Shown here piece after piece: positions 1-9,500 of a stretch of 20,000 bases of DNA. Every line of letters begins with the position of its first letter. Position 1 is the first letter of the stretch. A program made the translations under genes and the position numbers. A model generated the notes under the pieces. It worked only from the letters and a program-made list of their open reading frames with translations. It was not told the DNA's origin and did no database searches. Location of the stretch: IMG/VR virus record IMGVR_UViG_3300026430_000073, positions 54,031 through 74,030 of that record. One strand, 5' to 3'. Source of the DNA: an uncultured virus (IMG/VR IMGVR_UViG_3300026430_000073) (lineage: Duplodnaviria > Heunggongvirae > Uroviricota > Caudoviricetes).

Positions 1-46
1 AGCGCTATGTCGCTGCGATGGCACAATTAAACCAACAAGCCTTGGC

Positions 47-337
47 GTGTTAGCTATGAAACATTTCATCTACGCTTTATCGGTCACTGCGATCACCTAC
101 GTGATCGGCATGTTTGTCGCAGCCACTCCCGACATCAGTCAGTGGGATGGGTTCGGGAAGATGACGCTCGCCCTACTCTGGGTGATTGGCTTGGCGTTCG
201 TCTTCTTCGACCATCGTCGCCAACAGTCGATCGACGATTACAACGAGTTTCAGCGCCTGAAGCGTGAGAACAAACACCTCAAGTCAGTGTCGCCAGCGCC
301 TGGAAAGGTAGTGCCTATCCGTAAGGAGCACAAATGA
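47..337 (+). CDS. Hypothetical small membrane protein (2 predicted TM segments, charged C-tail); start uncertain (ATG at 56 plausible)
   Basis: ORF track; hydrophobic segments FIYALSVTAITYVIGMFVAA and MTLALLWVIGLAFVFF; overlaps the next ORF by ATGA. Confidence 0.7.
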   Translation: MLAMKHFIYALSVTAITYVIGMFVAATPDISQWDGFGKMTLALLWVIGLAFVFFDHRRQQSIDDYNEFQRLKRENKHLKSVSPAPGKVVPIRKEHK

Positions 338-543
338 AACTGTTAAGCGTATTGTTCGCCTGGGCAATCGTCTTCCTGGTCGAAGGGTTCATCCTCGGCA
401 CGCACCACATCCGCGAATGGTCGTGGATCGCGATTACCATCATGATCGTGATTGATATCATCATCGCCGTCATCGCTTACGCACCGGGCGGCGTTGGCGA
501 AGCGATGGATGGTCTGGGCGATGCGTTCGACGGCTTCGACTGA
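334..543 (+). CDS. Hypothetical small membrane protein (2 TM, acidic C-tail)
   Basis: SD AAGGAG upstream; ATGA coupling; two hydrophobic stretches. Confidence 0.75.
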   Translation: MKLLSVLFAWAIVFLVEGFILGTHHIREWSWIAITIMIVIDIIIAVIAYAPGGVGEAMDGLGDAFDGFD

Positions 544-569
544 TCTCTACTGTAAGGTGGCACATCGCT

Positions 570-1187
570 ATGAAAGCATTGAAAGACATCTGGGCTACCG
601 CGACCAGGCTCCTTAACCGTCCATTGTTCCGAGCCACTGTGACGTTTCTCCCAACCGTACCTCCGGAACCAGAACCTGAACCTGCAATCAAGCGGGTACA
701 GCGCCCGCTGATTATGGCACGGATAGGTATCGATGGGGAGGAGCAAGAAACCTCTCCTCAGTTCCTGGCTTACGGCTGGAGTAAGGGTACTTTCAACCAT
801 CTGTCAGAGCCTGTCTACACGATGATCCGGGACTTGCTCAACAAGCCGAATCTAGAGTGGAAGGTCAGCAACAACTCGATGGACTTCCAAGGCGGACTCA
901 GCGTTCGTACGATCGAAGTCACGCATGTCGACGGCTACGAGTTCTATGGCGATCCACATGTCGCCATGTTCTTTCCAGTAGCTCCGATTCCGAACACTAA
1001 TAGTCTGTTCGGCGGACCCTCCGCGGGTCTGTTGCAACTGCTGCAAGAAATCGCCTTCAAGCTTGAGTGTAGGATCGTGACCATCGAGACCGCCACCGAC
1101 GACACAGTGCTCGTCATCTTCAAGGCGTGGGGAACAGAATTTTCACCAACCGCTATTGCGGAACATTACAACAGCAGCCTGACTTAA
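570..1187 (+). CDS. Hypothetical phage protein
   Basis: 205-aa ORF, SD AAGGTGG upstream, phage-like codon usage. Confidence 0.75.
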   Translation: MKALKDIWATATRLLNRPLFRATVTFLPTVPPEPEPEPAIKRVQRPLIMARIGIDGEEQETSPQFLAYGWSKGTFNHLSEPVYTMIRDLLNKPNLEWKVSNNSMDFQGGLSVRTIEVTHVDGYEFYGDPHVAMFFPVAPIPNTNSLFGGPSAGLLQLLQEIAFKLECRIVTIETATDDTVLVIFKAWGTEFSPTAIAEHYNSSLT

Positions 1188-1209
1188 GGCTGCTTTAGGA
1201 GTATGGGGC

Positions 1210-1887
1210 ATGAATATGTTGCAGGCAGCAAAGAAAACAGCGATCAAGGTGATCTATATTCCCGTAGAGGAAACCGCCGGTCACCGTGAAATCGCCATCG
1301 CGAACAGCAGTGTGTTCGAAGTGCTGCGCAAGAAGAAGTCTGCAGAGATTTCTTACTGGGGTCTGCCCGACAATAAGTCCGACGTGATGCGCCGCCGCAT
1401 TCGTGTAGTCAGGCAAGAGAAGAAGACGGCAGCAGGTAGCTTAGAGGATATCCCAGATCTTGAAGACGTCCATTACTCCGACCTGCCGTGGATCGGCAAC
1501 GTCACCTTCAACCAGGCGCCACGACAGTTCCGGTCGAAGCACGTACTGGCGGTGGTGGCTGAGGTCGTTCGTGAGATCGATGGTTATCTGTTTAGTATTC
1601 GGATCGACAGCGACAAGATGTTCGAACCACAGCCGCCAATGATCCTCTGCCGCTTGTACAAGGCAGGACCACTGGAACTGAACCATCGCATCGACGTTCA
1701 CCTCGAACCTACTGAAGAGCAGATTAAAGCCATGAAAGCGCCATGGGACGTACCACCGTCTCTGATCGCTGAAATGGCTGCTCTCGATTACCAGCTGCGG
1801 GGCAACACGTTTGTCCACCCTCTGCTGGATTCGCAAGGCCACAGGCTGGTATGCGAACAGTACGGTAAGCTCGTCATCGAACAGTGA
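1210..1887 (+). CDS. Hypothetical phage protein
   Basis: 225-aa ORF, AGGAG upstream. Confidence 0.75.
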   Translation: MNMLQAAKKTAIKVIYIPVEETAGHREIAIANSSVFEVLRKKKSAEISYWGLPDNKSDVMRRRIRVVRQEKKTAAGSLEDIPDLEDVHYSDLPWIGNVTFNQAPRQFRSKHVLAVVAEVVREIDGYLFSIRIDSDKMFEPQPPMILCRLYKAGPLELNHRIDVHLEPTEEQIKAMKAPWDVPPSLIAEMAALDYQLRGNTFVHPLLDSQGHRLVCEQYGKLVIEQ

Positions 1888-1896
1888 GGTAACGTC

Positions 1897-2352
1897 ATGA
1901 AGTTGGAACTGATTCCCAAGTGGGTCTGGCTACTCTTACTTGCGGCGGTACTGGGCGGTGCCTATTTCGGCATCGGCTATGCGGTGGATACCTACCGCAA
2001 CATGACCACGGAGTTGGCTGAGGAAAAGGCGAAGGTCGCCAACTTGCTCGAGATCAACGCCAGTGTCAACCAGGAACTCATCAGACGCGTCAAGGACGAT
2101 GAGGACCGCAGGAAGACCGAGGAAGCAATCGATCAGCAAACCACTGATCTGCTGGGCTCGGTTGATGAGTTAGGCGTCAAGCTAGCCAAAGCGGTGGCTG
2201 AACGGAAGAAACTGGAAAGCAAACTGGCTGATCAGTCCAACGGATCGAATCCGAATACCTTCAGGGGTATCCCGGTAGAGATCGAAATCACATGGCAGGC
2301 TTACTGCAAGGTAGCTCCATCCGACCCGCGGTGTGAGCCTAAGGAGAAGTAG
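1897..2352 (+). CDS. Putative inner-membrane spanin (Rz-like i-spanin)
   Basis: Single N-terminal TM (WVWLLLLAAVLGGAYFGIGY), long predicted coiled coil, C-terminal Cys pair; directly upstream of a lipoprotein ORF; SD GAGGT. Confidence 0.75.
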   Translation: MKLELIPKWVWLLLLAAVLGGAYFGIGYAVDTYRNMTTELAEEKAKVANLLEINASVNQELIRRVKDDEDRRKTEEAIDQQTTDLLGSVDELGVKLAKAVAERKKLESKLADQSNGSNPNTFRGIPVEIEITWQAYCKVAPSDPRCEPKEK

Positions 2353-2355
2353 CAA

Positions 2356-2688
2356 GTGTTCAGGATTCTGTCCGTAGCGTGTTTCTCGATCTTGATCACA
2401 GGTTGTGCTCCCAAGGTCAAAGAGGTCATCGTAGAGCGTACCGTCACCAAGTACGCTGTCATCGACGATCGGTGGTTGAAAGACTGTCCGGTACTCTCTC
2501 CGGCAGAACCTGATGAATACCGTCAGATGTCTCTCCAGGAGCAGGTGGACTTCTGGAGCGGTCTGTACATCAAACAGATCGGTCTGGTGGGTGCGTGCAA
2601 CATCCGCTTGGATAATACGCGCAACTACAACGCCCTCAAGAAAGATGAGGTCAACATCCTCACCTGTAAGGAAGGCGTTTGCAAATGA
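2356..2688 (+). CDS. Putative outer-membrane lipoprotein spanin (Rz1-like o-spanin)
   Basis: Signal peptide II with lipobox ILITG|C17; +2 residue is Ala (not Asp), consistent with OM sorting; LKDCP motif and further Cys; follows the i-spanin candidate. Confidence 0.75.
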   Translation: MFRILSVACFSILITGCAPKVKEVIVERTVTKYAVIDDRWLKDCPVLSPAEPDEYRQMSLQEQVDFWSGLYIKQIGLVGACNIRLDNTRNYNALKKDEVNILTCKEGVCK

Positions 2689-2722
2689 CATATAGGCCGG
2701 GTAATCCCCGGCCTATATGCTG
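2689..2722 (+). terminator. Stem-loop after the spanin genes (CATATAGGCCGGG-TAATC-CCCGGCCTATATG, ending in TATGCTG)
   Basis: Perfect 13-bp inverted repeat directly after the stop codon; no long U-tract. Confidence 0.7.
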
Positions 2723-2732
2723 TTAAAGTTTA

Positions 2733-2745
2733 TTCGGTCATACAT
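2733..2745 (+). promoter_or_regulatory. Phage promoter-like motif TTCGGTCATACAT (copy 1 of TTCRGTCAYACAT)
   Basis: Near-identical intergenic copies at 3521-3533 and 13244-13256, each preceded by TTAA and located upstream of + strand genes. Confidence 0.7.
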
Positions 2746-2780
2746 AATCGACAGGATGAACCGTGATAATAGGTGGCCCT

Positions 2781-3230
2781 ATGTTCTACCATGTGATAAC
2801 ACATAATGCCGCCGCTGCAGAGAGCCTAGGACCTTTGCCGAAGTATGCGGACAAGGAAGATAATTGTTTCATTTGGCGGTGCGGTCATTGGACTGTAAGC
2901 GACAAAGTGCTCGAGCCCCAAGTCGCTGGAAAGCCAACAACCGTTTCAGAAGGCGTCCTTCTGATGAAGCTGCTGGATGTTGACGCTCTCGCTATCGCGA
3001 AGTGCATCACTGCTGCACAACGCTTCAGACGCTGGTACTACTTCCGCAAGGCTGGAGACAGCGAGCAAATCAAGATCGTCCGATTAGAGGACAGGCTGTG
3101 CTTTAAGTACAGCTGCATCGCAGATGCGATTCCTGAACACGCCTACTTTGAGCACAATCTGGAATTCGCACTTAACCAAACCACTACAGATGAGAGTGAG
3201 CTTTATCTATGTCACATGTTAACCAGGTAG
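2781..3230 (+). CDS. Hypothetical phage protein (start moved to ATG 2781)
   Basis: ORF track 2763..3230; AGGTGG upstream of ATG 2781. Confidence 0.65.
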   Translation: MFYHVITHNAAAAESLGPLPKYADKEDNCFIWRCGHWTVSDKVLEPQVAGKPTTVSEGVLLMKLLDVDALAIAKCITAAQRFRRWYYFRKAGDSEQIKIVRLEDRLCFKYSCIADAIPEHAYFEHNLEFALNQTTTDESELYLCHMLTR

Positions 3231-3502
3231 TCAGCTACGACGAAGACTTCGTACAACAAAGCGTAGACTACGGCCGTGCCGTAGCGGACCTGCGTAGTCG
3301 TCGTTTGGCTCTGGATGCTAAATACGGGCAGTTGTCGACTGAACGTCAGGAAATGCAAATGCGCCACGAAGATACGACCGAGATTACCGATCGTATCCGC
3401 GAGGTCATGGGTAAGATGCGCGAGATTTCTGACTCCATCGATATACTGCTCGAGAAACAGTTAGTCCATCTCAATACTTGCCAGCATCGGCAGCGTGCCT
3501 GA
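3209..3502 (+). CDS. Hypothetical helical/coiled-coil phage protein
   Basis: 97-aa ORF, heptad-like charged helix. Confidence 0.65.
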   Translation: MSHVNQVVSYDEDFVQQSVDYGRAVADLRSRRLALDAKYGQLSTERQEMQMRHEDTTEITDRIREVMGKMREISDSIDILLEKQLVHLNTCQHRQRA

Positions 3503-3520
3503 AATCGCATTAAAAAGAAT

Positions 3521-3533
3521 TTCAGTCATACAT
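3521..3533 (+). promoter_or_regulatory. Phage promoter-like motif TTCAGTCATACAT (copy 2)
   Basis: Repeated intergenic motif; see 2733 and 13244. Confidence 0.7.
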
Positions 3534-3604
3534 ACTCAGCGTGAGTTGTGCAACATGACGGCTCAAGGAACACCAATCGCATAACACCGAAGGAGGTAAT
3601 CGCG

Positions 3605-3784
3605 ATGCTTAATTTCCTGTTTGGTAACACCCGCAGCAACGAAGTCACCGATTCCCTCCTGAGGGAAAAGCGGATGGCTGAGAAGCTGTTCGAACGCGCC
3701 ATGCGTAACCACGGCGTTAACTCTGACGAAGCTAACCACTGGTCTGCAAAGATCGATGAGGCCGAAGCCGCCTTGGCAGCATAA
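3605..3784 (+). CDS. Small hypothetical phage protein (likely start ATG 3605)
   Basis: Strong SD AAGGAGGT just before ATG 3605. Confidence 0.7.
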   Translation: MLNFLFGNTRSNEVTDSLLREKRMAEKLFERAMRNHGVNSDEANHWSAKIDEAEAALAA

Positions 3785-3795
3785 AGGAAAATGTG

Positions 3796-4047
3796 ATGGC
3801 AGAGTTATTCAAGATAAGTCACTACCGAGGTGACGTAGATGACGAGGACCCGGACGAGTTCTTCAACAACTTGCTCGAAGAGGCACAGGAGTTGAGCTAT
3901 AAAGCCGATGCGTTGAAACGTTTCGGCACGAGTCCGCACGTTCAAGTCGACTACATCGACATGCGCCGTAAGGAGCTGTTGGGTATGCAGGGTGACATCT
4001 ACAAATTCGTAGTGAATGAACTCGGCCGTCAAGGCCAAGTACTTTAG
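3796..4047 (+). CDS. Small acidic hypothetical phage protein
   Basis: SD AAGGA; followed by a terminator. Confidence 0.7.
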   Translation: MAELFKISHYRGDVDDEDPDEFFNNLLEEAQELSYKADALKRFGTSPHVQVDYIDMRRKELLGMQGDIYKFVVNELGRQGQVL

Positions 4048-4079
4048 CGACCGAAAGGTCAGACTGGACATCCCCTTTA

Positions 4080-4107
4080 GGGGCGGGAAACCGCCCTCTT
4101 TTTTTTT
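4080..4107 (+). terminator. Rho-independent terminator (GGGCGG-GAAA-CCGCCC + T-tract)
   Basis: GC stem, GNRA loop, long T run. Confidence 0.85.
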
Positions 4108-4148
4108 GTTACAAAACCGCCCTGTGCTATAACTACAAGGAGACTACC

Positions 4149-4610
4149 ATGCTTGGGAAGAATAAAAAGATGTATTGGGTGGACTGCATTTATGCGATTC
4201 TGCTCGTTGGGTTCATCTGGCTGACTAATTACGCCGACGGTAAATCAAGTTATCCGACCGAACGGGTTGTGCGCTCCGCGGAACTGACTCAAGCGTGGAG
4301 CTACTTGAGCGGTTCCAAGAGTCATCTAGAAGAAAACTGGATGGGCTACTTCGTCGATAAGAAGACCAAAGCGGGCTTCGAACATCCGATAAGCGGCGGT
4401 GTCTATCAGACGTACAAGTCAGGTAAACGTGGGATCGTTTACGACATCAACGTAGTGCGCTATAAGTTCGACCCTAACGTCACCAGTACCCCATGGTGGT
4501 TTGTAGCCGTTATAGTTTCGGCGATCTGTACCGTTCTCGTCGGGTTCCTTTGGTTCTGTTGGGTCATGGACCGGAAGAAGGAAAACACCCCACATCCTGA
4601 CTTCCGGTGA
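4149..4610 (+). CDS. Hypothetical membrane protein (N- and C-terminal TM segments)
   Basis: SD AAGGAG; hydrophobic segments CIYAILLVGFIWL and WWFVAVIVSAICTVLVGFLWFCW. Confidence 0.75.
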   Translation: MLGKNKKMYWVDCIYAILLVGFIWLTNYADGKSSYPTERVVRSAELTQAWSYLSGSKSHLEENWMGYFVDKKTKAGFEHPISGGVYQTYKSGKRGIVYDINVVRYKFDPNVTSTPWWFVAVIVSAICTVLVGFLWFCWVMDRKKENTPHPDFR

Positions 4611-4650
4611 TATTCGTATGCCCACTATAGGGCATTGACGGATCATCACC

Positions 4651-5073
4651 ATGGCTAAGCTGTTCAGTAACTTCGACACACGTCAACTGAGTCGTCAGGA
4701 AAATCTGCTCCTCGATGACTTCAGCTTCAACGACCAGAGTGGTCTGGGTCTCATCACTGCGAGGAAAGGTTTCGTTACCGACTACGCTTCGATCGATGCC
4801 CTGTACAACATCCTCACGTTCTTGTTCTACGCTCTGCTCATGAGTTACGGGGACAAGAGCGCCACCATCCACGACTGGCTGTATAGCGGGTACGGGATTG
4901 AGGTGGAGCCTGGTCGGTTCTATTACCCAACCCGTAAGGAGTGTGATCAGATCTTCTATCGCGCTCTACGGGCTGAGGGTATCGCTAAATGGCGGGCATG
5001 GATCTTCTACGCCGGTGTTCGCCTCTTCGCCAAACGTAACTTCTCGACCACCTCTGAGAAGTTTGCTGTATAG
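4651..5073 (+). CDS. DUF1353-family phage protein
   Basis: Family-typical motifs GFVTDYASI, ATIHDWLY, RKECDQIF and WRAWIFYAGVRLF. Confidence 0.85.
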   Translation: MAKLFSNFDTRQLSRQENLLLDDFSFNDQSGLGLITARKGFVTDYASIDALYNILTFLFYALLMSYGDKSATIHDWLYSGYGIEVEPGRFYYPTRKECDQIFYRALRAEGIAKWRAWIFYAGVRLFAKRNFSTTSEKFAV

Positions 5074-5083
5074 AGAGGATTAG

Positions 5084-5374
5084 ATGAGAAAGCTGCACCT
5101 AAAGACAGACATGGATGTGCCGGGCTTCTTCGTTATCGAGATGGTCGATACCGGAAAGGTCTACACCGGTACGTCCACTCAGATGCAAACCGCCTTACTC
5201 AAGATCAAGCGTGATCTGGAAGACGGCAAGATGAACTGTCCTAGGTTGCAGCGCGTCTATGGGCCGAGGGAGGACATCAAGGTGAGGTTCTACCCTGCCG
5301 TAGATGTGAGTGAGGCGAAGAAAGAAGAACGTAAGTTCCGGAAGGATCGGCCTAGTTGGTTACTTCTGAATTGA
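5084..5374 (+). CDS. Degenerate GIY-YIG-like protein (stand-alone)
   Basis: GFFVI...GKVYTGTS matches the GIY..YIG hairpin; a later helix carries Glu (EAKKEE); the usual catalytic Arg is not apparent. Confidence 0.55.
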   Translation: MRKLHLKTDMDVPGFFVIEMVDTGKVYTGTSTQMQTALLKIKRDLEDGKMNCPRLQRVYGPREDIKVRFYPAVDVSEAKKEERKFRKDRPSWLLLN

Positions 5375-5377
5375 CGA

Positions 5378-5420
5378 CATAGAGCCCCGGCGTTTGCCGG
5401 GGCCTTATGCTGTTTTTTTT
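5378..5420. terminator. Terminator between convergent genes (GCCCCGGC-GTTT-GCCGGGGC, TATGCTG, T-tract)
   Basis: 8-bp GC stem at 5384-5403, T8 downstream, located between convergent ORFs. Confidence 0.85.
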
Positions 5421-6498
5421 AGGCGAGGATGCCCTTCAGCCATTTCAGTACCAACGCTGGGCGCATGATGATGCGGTCAGCGGCAGCAACTGCCATGCTG
5501 AATACCTGGATGTCGTCCAGGATTTGCTTCTTCTCCTCAGGCTTCATCTCGCGACCTTGGGACTCGAAGCGCGCGATGCGTTTCTCCATCCCTTTGATGG
5601 TACCTTGCAGGTCTTCGGACTGGCCGTGGATGCTGACGATGCACGCGGTGAACTTGCCGATGTACTCCGCGATTTTCGGAATATCCACTTCGTACTCTTG
5701 CTTGTTGTCGTCGCCATTGCCGTTGGCTGGGAACGAGGCCATGATGTGGCCGATCTCGGTCCGGAAGTGATCAGGAGTACCGCCCTTCACTTCGCCCTGC
5801 ATCAGGTTCTTGACCTGAGTGCCATTGCAAACGGCGATGATCTTGTCCAGCTCACCCCAGTTGATCTGGTCGCCTTTGACCATCCAGCCCGGCAGGCGCT
5901 TCATCGACTTGACCTTGACGCCCGAACCTTCCTGCGATTTGTACTTCTCGGCGAAGCCGTCAGAAGCCAGGCGCTTGATGCCATCGTCGGAGTACTTCTT
6001 CGCGTACGCTTTTGCGTCTTCCTCGGCCTTCTTCGCTTCTTCGGCCTTGGCTTTGGTCTTGGCGCTACCGCGAGTGAACAGGGCAAGCAGCGCCTTGACC
6101 TTTTCGCGGATCCATTTGATGGCAGCGTCGATGGCGCCTTTGACTTTCTGACCCACGGTCTTCTTGTCGGCTTCCGCCGCTTCGAACGAAGGGGCAATCA
6201 GGTCAACCGGGATACCCAGGCCGCTGGAGCGCAGCAAACATTCCAAGTTGAAGCGATAGCTTTCCATCGCAGCTTCGGTGATGTCGCCAGCTTCCACTCG
6301 CTCGGACATCGAGTCGAGCGACTGCACCAGCGCCACGCCGCGATCGATCTCGTTAGCGCTGTGCTCGATCAGCTGAGACAGGTCGCCGTCGATGGTGTCG
6401 TTGTCATCAGGCGGGATCTCGACAACGGCGGGTTCTGGAGTGATCAGACCCGACTCGACGCCGTAGGTATTCAGGATATCGCTCAGGAGAGTTTGCAT
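5419..6498 (-). CDS. Putative virion head / inner-body structural protein (phiKZ-type paralog family) with acidic propeptide
   Basis: Acidic N-terminal ~105 aa containing AME-S and SFE-A (S/A/G-X-E protease-like sites), then the basic amphipathic helix KVKGAIDAAIKWIREKVKALLALF, as seen in phiKZ-like head proteins. Confidence 0.65.
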   Translation of the reverse strand: MQTLLSDILNTYGVESGLITPEPAVVEIPPDDNDTIDGDLSQLIEHSANEIDRGVALVQSLDSMSERVEAGDITEAAMESYRFNLECLLRSSGLGIPVDLIAPSFEAAEADKKTVGQKVKGAIDAAIKWIREKVKALLALFTRGSAKTKAKAEEAKKAEEDAKAYAKKYSDDGIKRLASDGFAEKYKSQEGSGVKVKSMKRLPGWMVKGDQINWGELDKIIAVCNGTQVKNLMQGEVKGGTPDHFRTEIGHIMASFPANGNGDDNKQEYEVDIPKIAEYIGKFTACIVSIHGQSEDLQGTIKGMEKRIARFESQGREMKPEEKKQILDDIQVFSMAVAAADRIIMRPALVLKWLKGILA

Positions 6499-6523
6499 GT
6501 TGATACTCGCTGTTGTTAAGGTT

Positions 6524-6541
6524 GGCGGACCGTAGTCCGCC
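6524..6541 (-). terminator. Intergenic hairpin GGCGGAC-TACG-GTCCGCC (cUACGg tetraloop on the minus strand); terminator or stabiliser
   Basis: Perfect 7-bp stem between the helicase stop and the head-protein start; no U-tract. Confidence 0.55.
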
Positions 6542-6547
6542 CCTATA

Positions 6548-9500
6548 TTACTTGATACTGCGTTCCATCCAGGCCATCAACGCAATGATGACATCACCAC
6601 CAACAGAGGAAGAATCAGGGAACCCTTCGACGATGGCTTGCCCTACGGTCTGGTGGTAGTATTGATCGTAGTAATCCATGTACAGCATTTCGTCGTACTC
6701 ATGGATTACATTCGAGAAATCACTACCATCTTCGAAGTCCAGCCATGACTGATAGAAGTCACTGCTTTCGCGCATCTTCAAGCACTCGCGGATGATCTTA
6801 ACCGCAGCGATAAAGCCGTTGCGATCGAGTGCCGGAATGCGGGCAGGGGACTTGACCTCAGTTTCCTTACCCTCAACGTTACCGCCAAACATCCAGCGGT
6901 CGTTCTTGTCGAAGTAGACCTCGACACTGCCGATCACCTTGACGGGAGTCATCTTGGCCATCGGCACCGGGATGTCGTCGTAGGCCTTGACCGCTTCTCT
7001 GATCAGCTCTTCAAACTTGTCGTGCTGATCAGCCTTGGCAGCGGCGATGAGTGGTTTCTCATACTTGCCGTAAACCCGCTGCACCGCACTGTCCATCTCT
7101 TTGAGTTGGGACGCAAACTTGGCAGCCTTCGTCTTGTAGTCATTGAGATGACCATTGATAGCCGACATCGGATTGGTGGTCGTGAACTTACCGTCGTACG
7201 ACAACGCCTGGATGATGCCGTTACTTGGGACGTCGACGTTGAACTGTTGTTTAGACAGCCAGGAATCGTTGCCGAAGTAATCATCGATGTATTCAAGCAG
7301 CGCTTTAATTTCCTTGGTGCTCATCCAAGGTTTAGTCGGTAGGTGTTTCTTCTTGTCTTCGCGATTATCGCCGAAGATCATCTTCTTCAGGTTACTCATC
7401 ACCTGCGAGAAGCTTTCGGTCGAGTATTCCGCTTTCGACTTGACGATCTCGAGACGGTAGTTGGCGAGCACCTTACTGATATCGACTTGCTCGGTCTTGA
7501 TGATCGATTCATCGATAGTGTTCTGGGTCTTATACTCGTTCTCGATGCCGTTCTGCTGATTGAAGTTCGGCAGCCACTCGTCAGAGTTCTCACCCTTGAT
7601 GGTGTACAGGAAGACCTGGGCCTTTCTGACGTCAGCGGGAGTGATGTTGTCCGGCGAGGTAATGACCAGCTTACGAGTCTTGGCATCGTACGAATATCGA
7701 TCGACACGGAACTCTTTCTCAAGAGCCGAGCCAATCCCCAACATGATCGCATCTTCACGATCGGTGGTTGCGTACAGCCACTCGTTCGACTCCACGCCAT
7801 CCCAACGAACCAGCTCACCGGAGCGCTGGAAGCCAGGCATGAGTTCGCCCTGCTTATACATCGAGCCGTGGTACAGGTAATGCGGGACATCAAAGCCCAC
7901 ACTCTCTTTCGAGTAAGCTTCGTTACCCCAACCTGTCCGGCCTTGGTTAGTCAAGTTCGTACGAGCCCCGATGCGGTCAAGGAACTTGTCAATACCGAGG
8001 ATTTGTGCGAGCAGGTCACCAGCGTCGACAAGCAGATCGAACACCTCAGTCGAGTACTCATCAACGGACGCGGATTCCAATGCCAGCGTATCCACGTCGA
8101 CGTTATTCACGCCAAGGATCTGCGACACTTGGTTCTGACTCCAGAGCAGGATGTCATTACTGCGCGTCGAGATGTTCGGCATGTCGCCAGTGTCGAGCAG
8201 GAAGTCGAACACGTAGACGTTCTTGTCCTGACCAAGACGGTTTGCACGAGCGATGGTCTGTGTACGGATAGCGTCACGGAACGGCTGGTTGATCATGAGG
8301 ATCGTGTTGGCCGCAGTGAGAGGTACCGCAGTCGAGAGTGACTGGTAGGTAGCGCACAGCGGATTGAGGTCTTCGTCTTTGTAGAACTGACCCACGATCG
8401 ATGCCAAGTCTTTGTTGGTAGCGCCGTAGACGCGCCCAGACTTATAGCCGTTGCTGTCGACGATATCAGCCACCGACTCGAGGACCTCGACGTAGCTGGT
8501 GAAGATCAGCGTCTTCTTCTCAGCGTCGTCGATGTACTTGTTGAAGTCGATGTGCTTGACCATCTCGACGTGACACTTCGAGCGCATACCGCCAACGATG
8601 GTGCCGAGTGCCTCGCCCATGATCTTGAGGTCGACGTACTTGATAACCGAACGAGCACCTTTGAAGTTGTTCTTCAGCGGATTGTTCAGGACCGGGATGA
8701 TGGTCTTGAGCTCGTACTGGTTACAGAGCTGTGCTTCAGCCTTCATCGTCTGCGGATCAAAACGACCGGCGATGACTTTGAATGCAGACTGGTACGCTTC
8801 GAACTGACGCTTCTGCTGGTCAGTCTTGAGCGTCTGCTTGAAGACCTTCAGGCCATCCTCGTAGAACTTGACATAGTCCAGTCGGTGTTTGGCGTAATGC
8901 TCACGACGCTTGTCGATGAACTCACGCAGCAGCTTACCGATGTTCTCGAGGGTGTAATCCTTCGCGTTAGGCATCGAGACTTTGACGGTCTCAACGATAA
9001 CCTCGGTATGGACCACGTCCTGTTGAGGTACGTGATACTTGAGGTGACCGATGCGGTTACGCAGGATGTCGTTAGCGCGCTTAGCGTCACGACCGTAGAT
9101 CTTACGGAAGGCTTCTTCGCAGTAGCTGTCAAACAGCGGGTCAACACACTTCAGGAACGGGATGCACTCAGTGCCCAGCGCCTGGATCGGGGTACCAGAA
9201 GCCCAGAGGTTGTAGGTAACCTGAGGGAGGTTGCACAGCTCGATGAAGAACTGGGTACGGTCCGATGCGATGCGGTTGAAGTTGTGCGACTCGTCAAGGA
9301 TGACGAAAGTGTTCTTGAACGCCTGTGGGTTTGCCTTGACAAACGCCAGCATCTGCTCGAGCGACTCGTAGTGGCAGATGAAGTAGTAGTCGTTGACGCT
9401 AGGCGGCTTGTTACCCACCGACAGCCAGTAGGGTTGCTTCTTCAGGACGATGTCCTTGATGGTAGCTTCCCAGACGCGCTCTGCGGCGTTCTTTGGCGTG

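Noticed and set aside
5407..6519. 370-aa + strand ORF antisense to the head-protein gene
   Set aside because: Shadow ORF caused by codon bias of the minus-strand gene; it starts inside a terminator, has no SD and has unnatural composition
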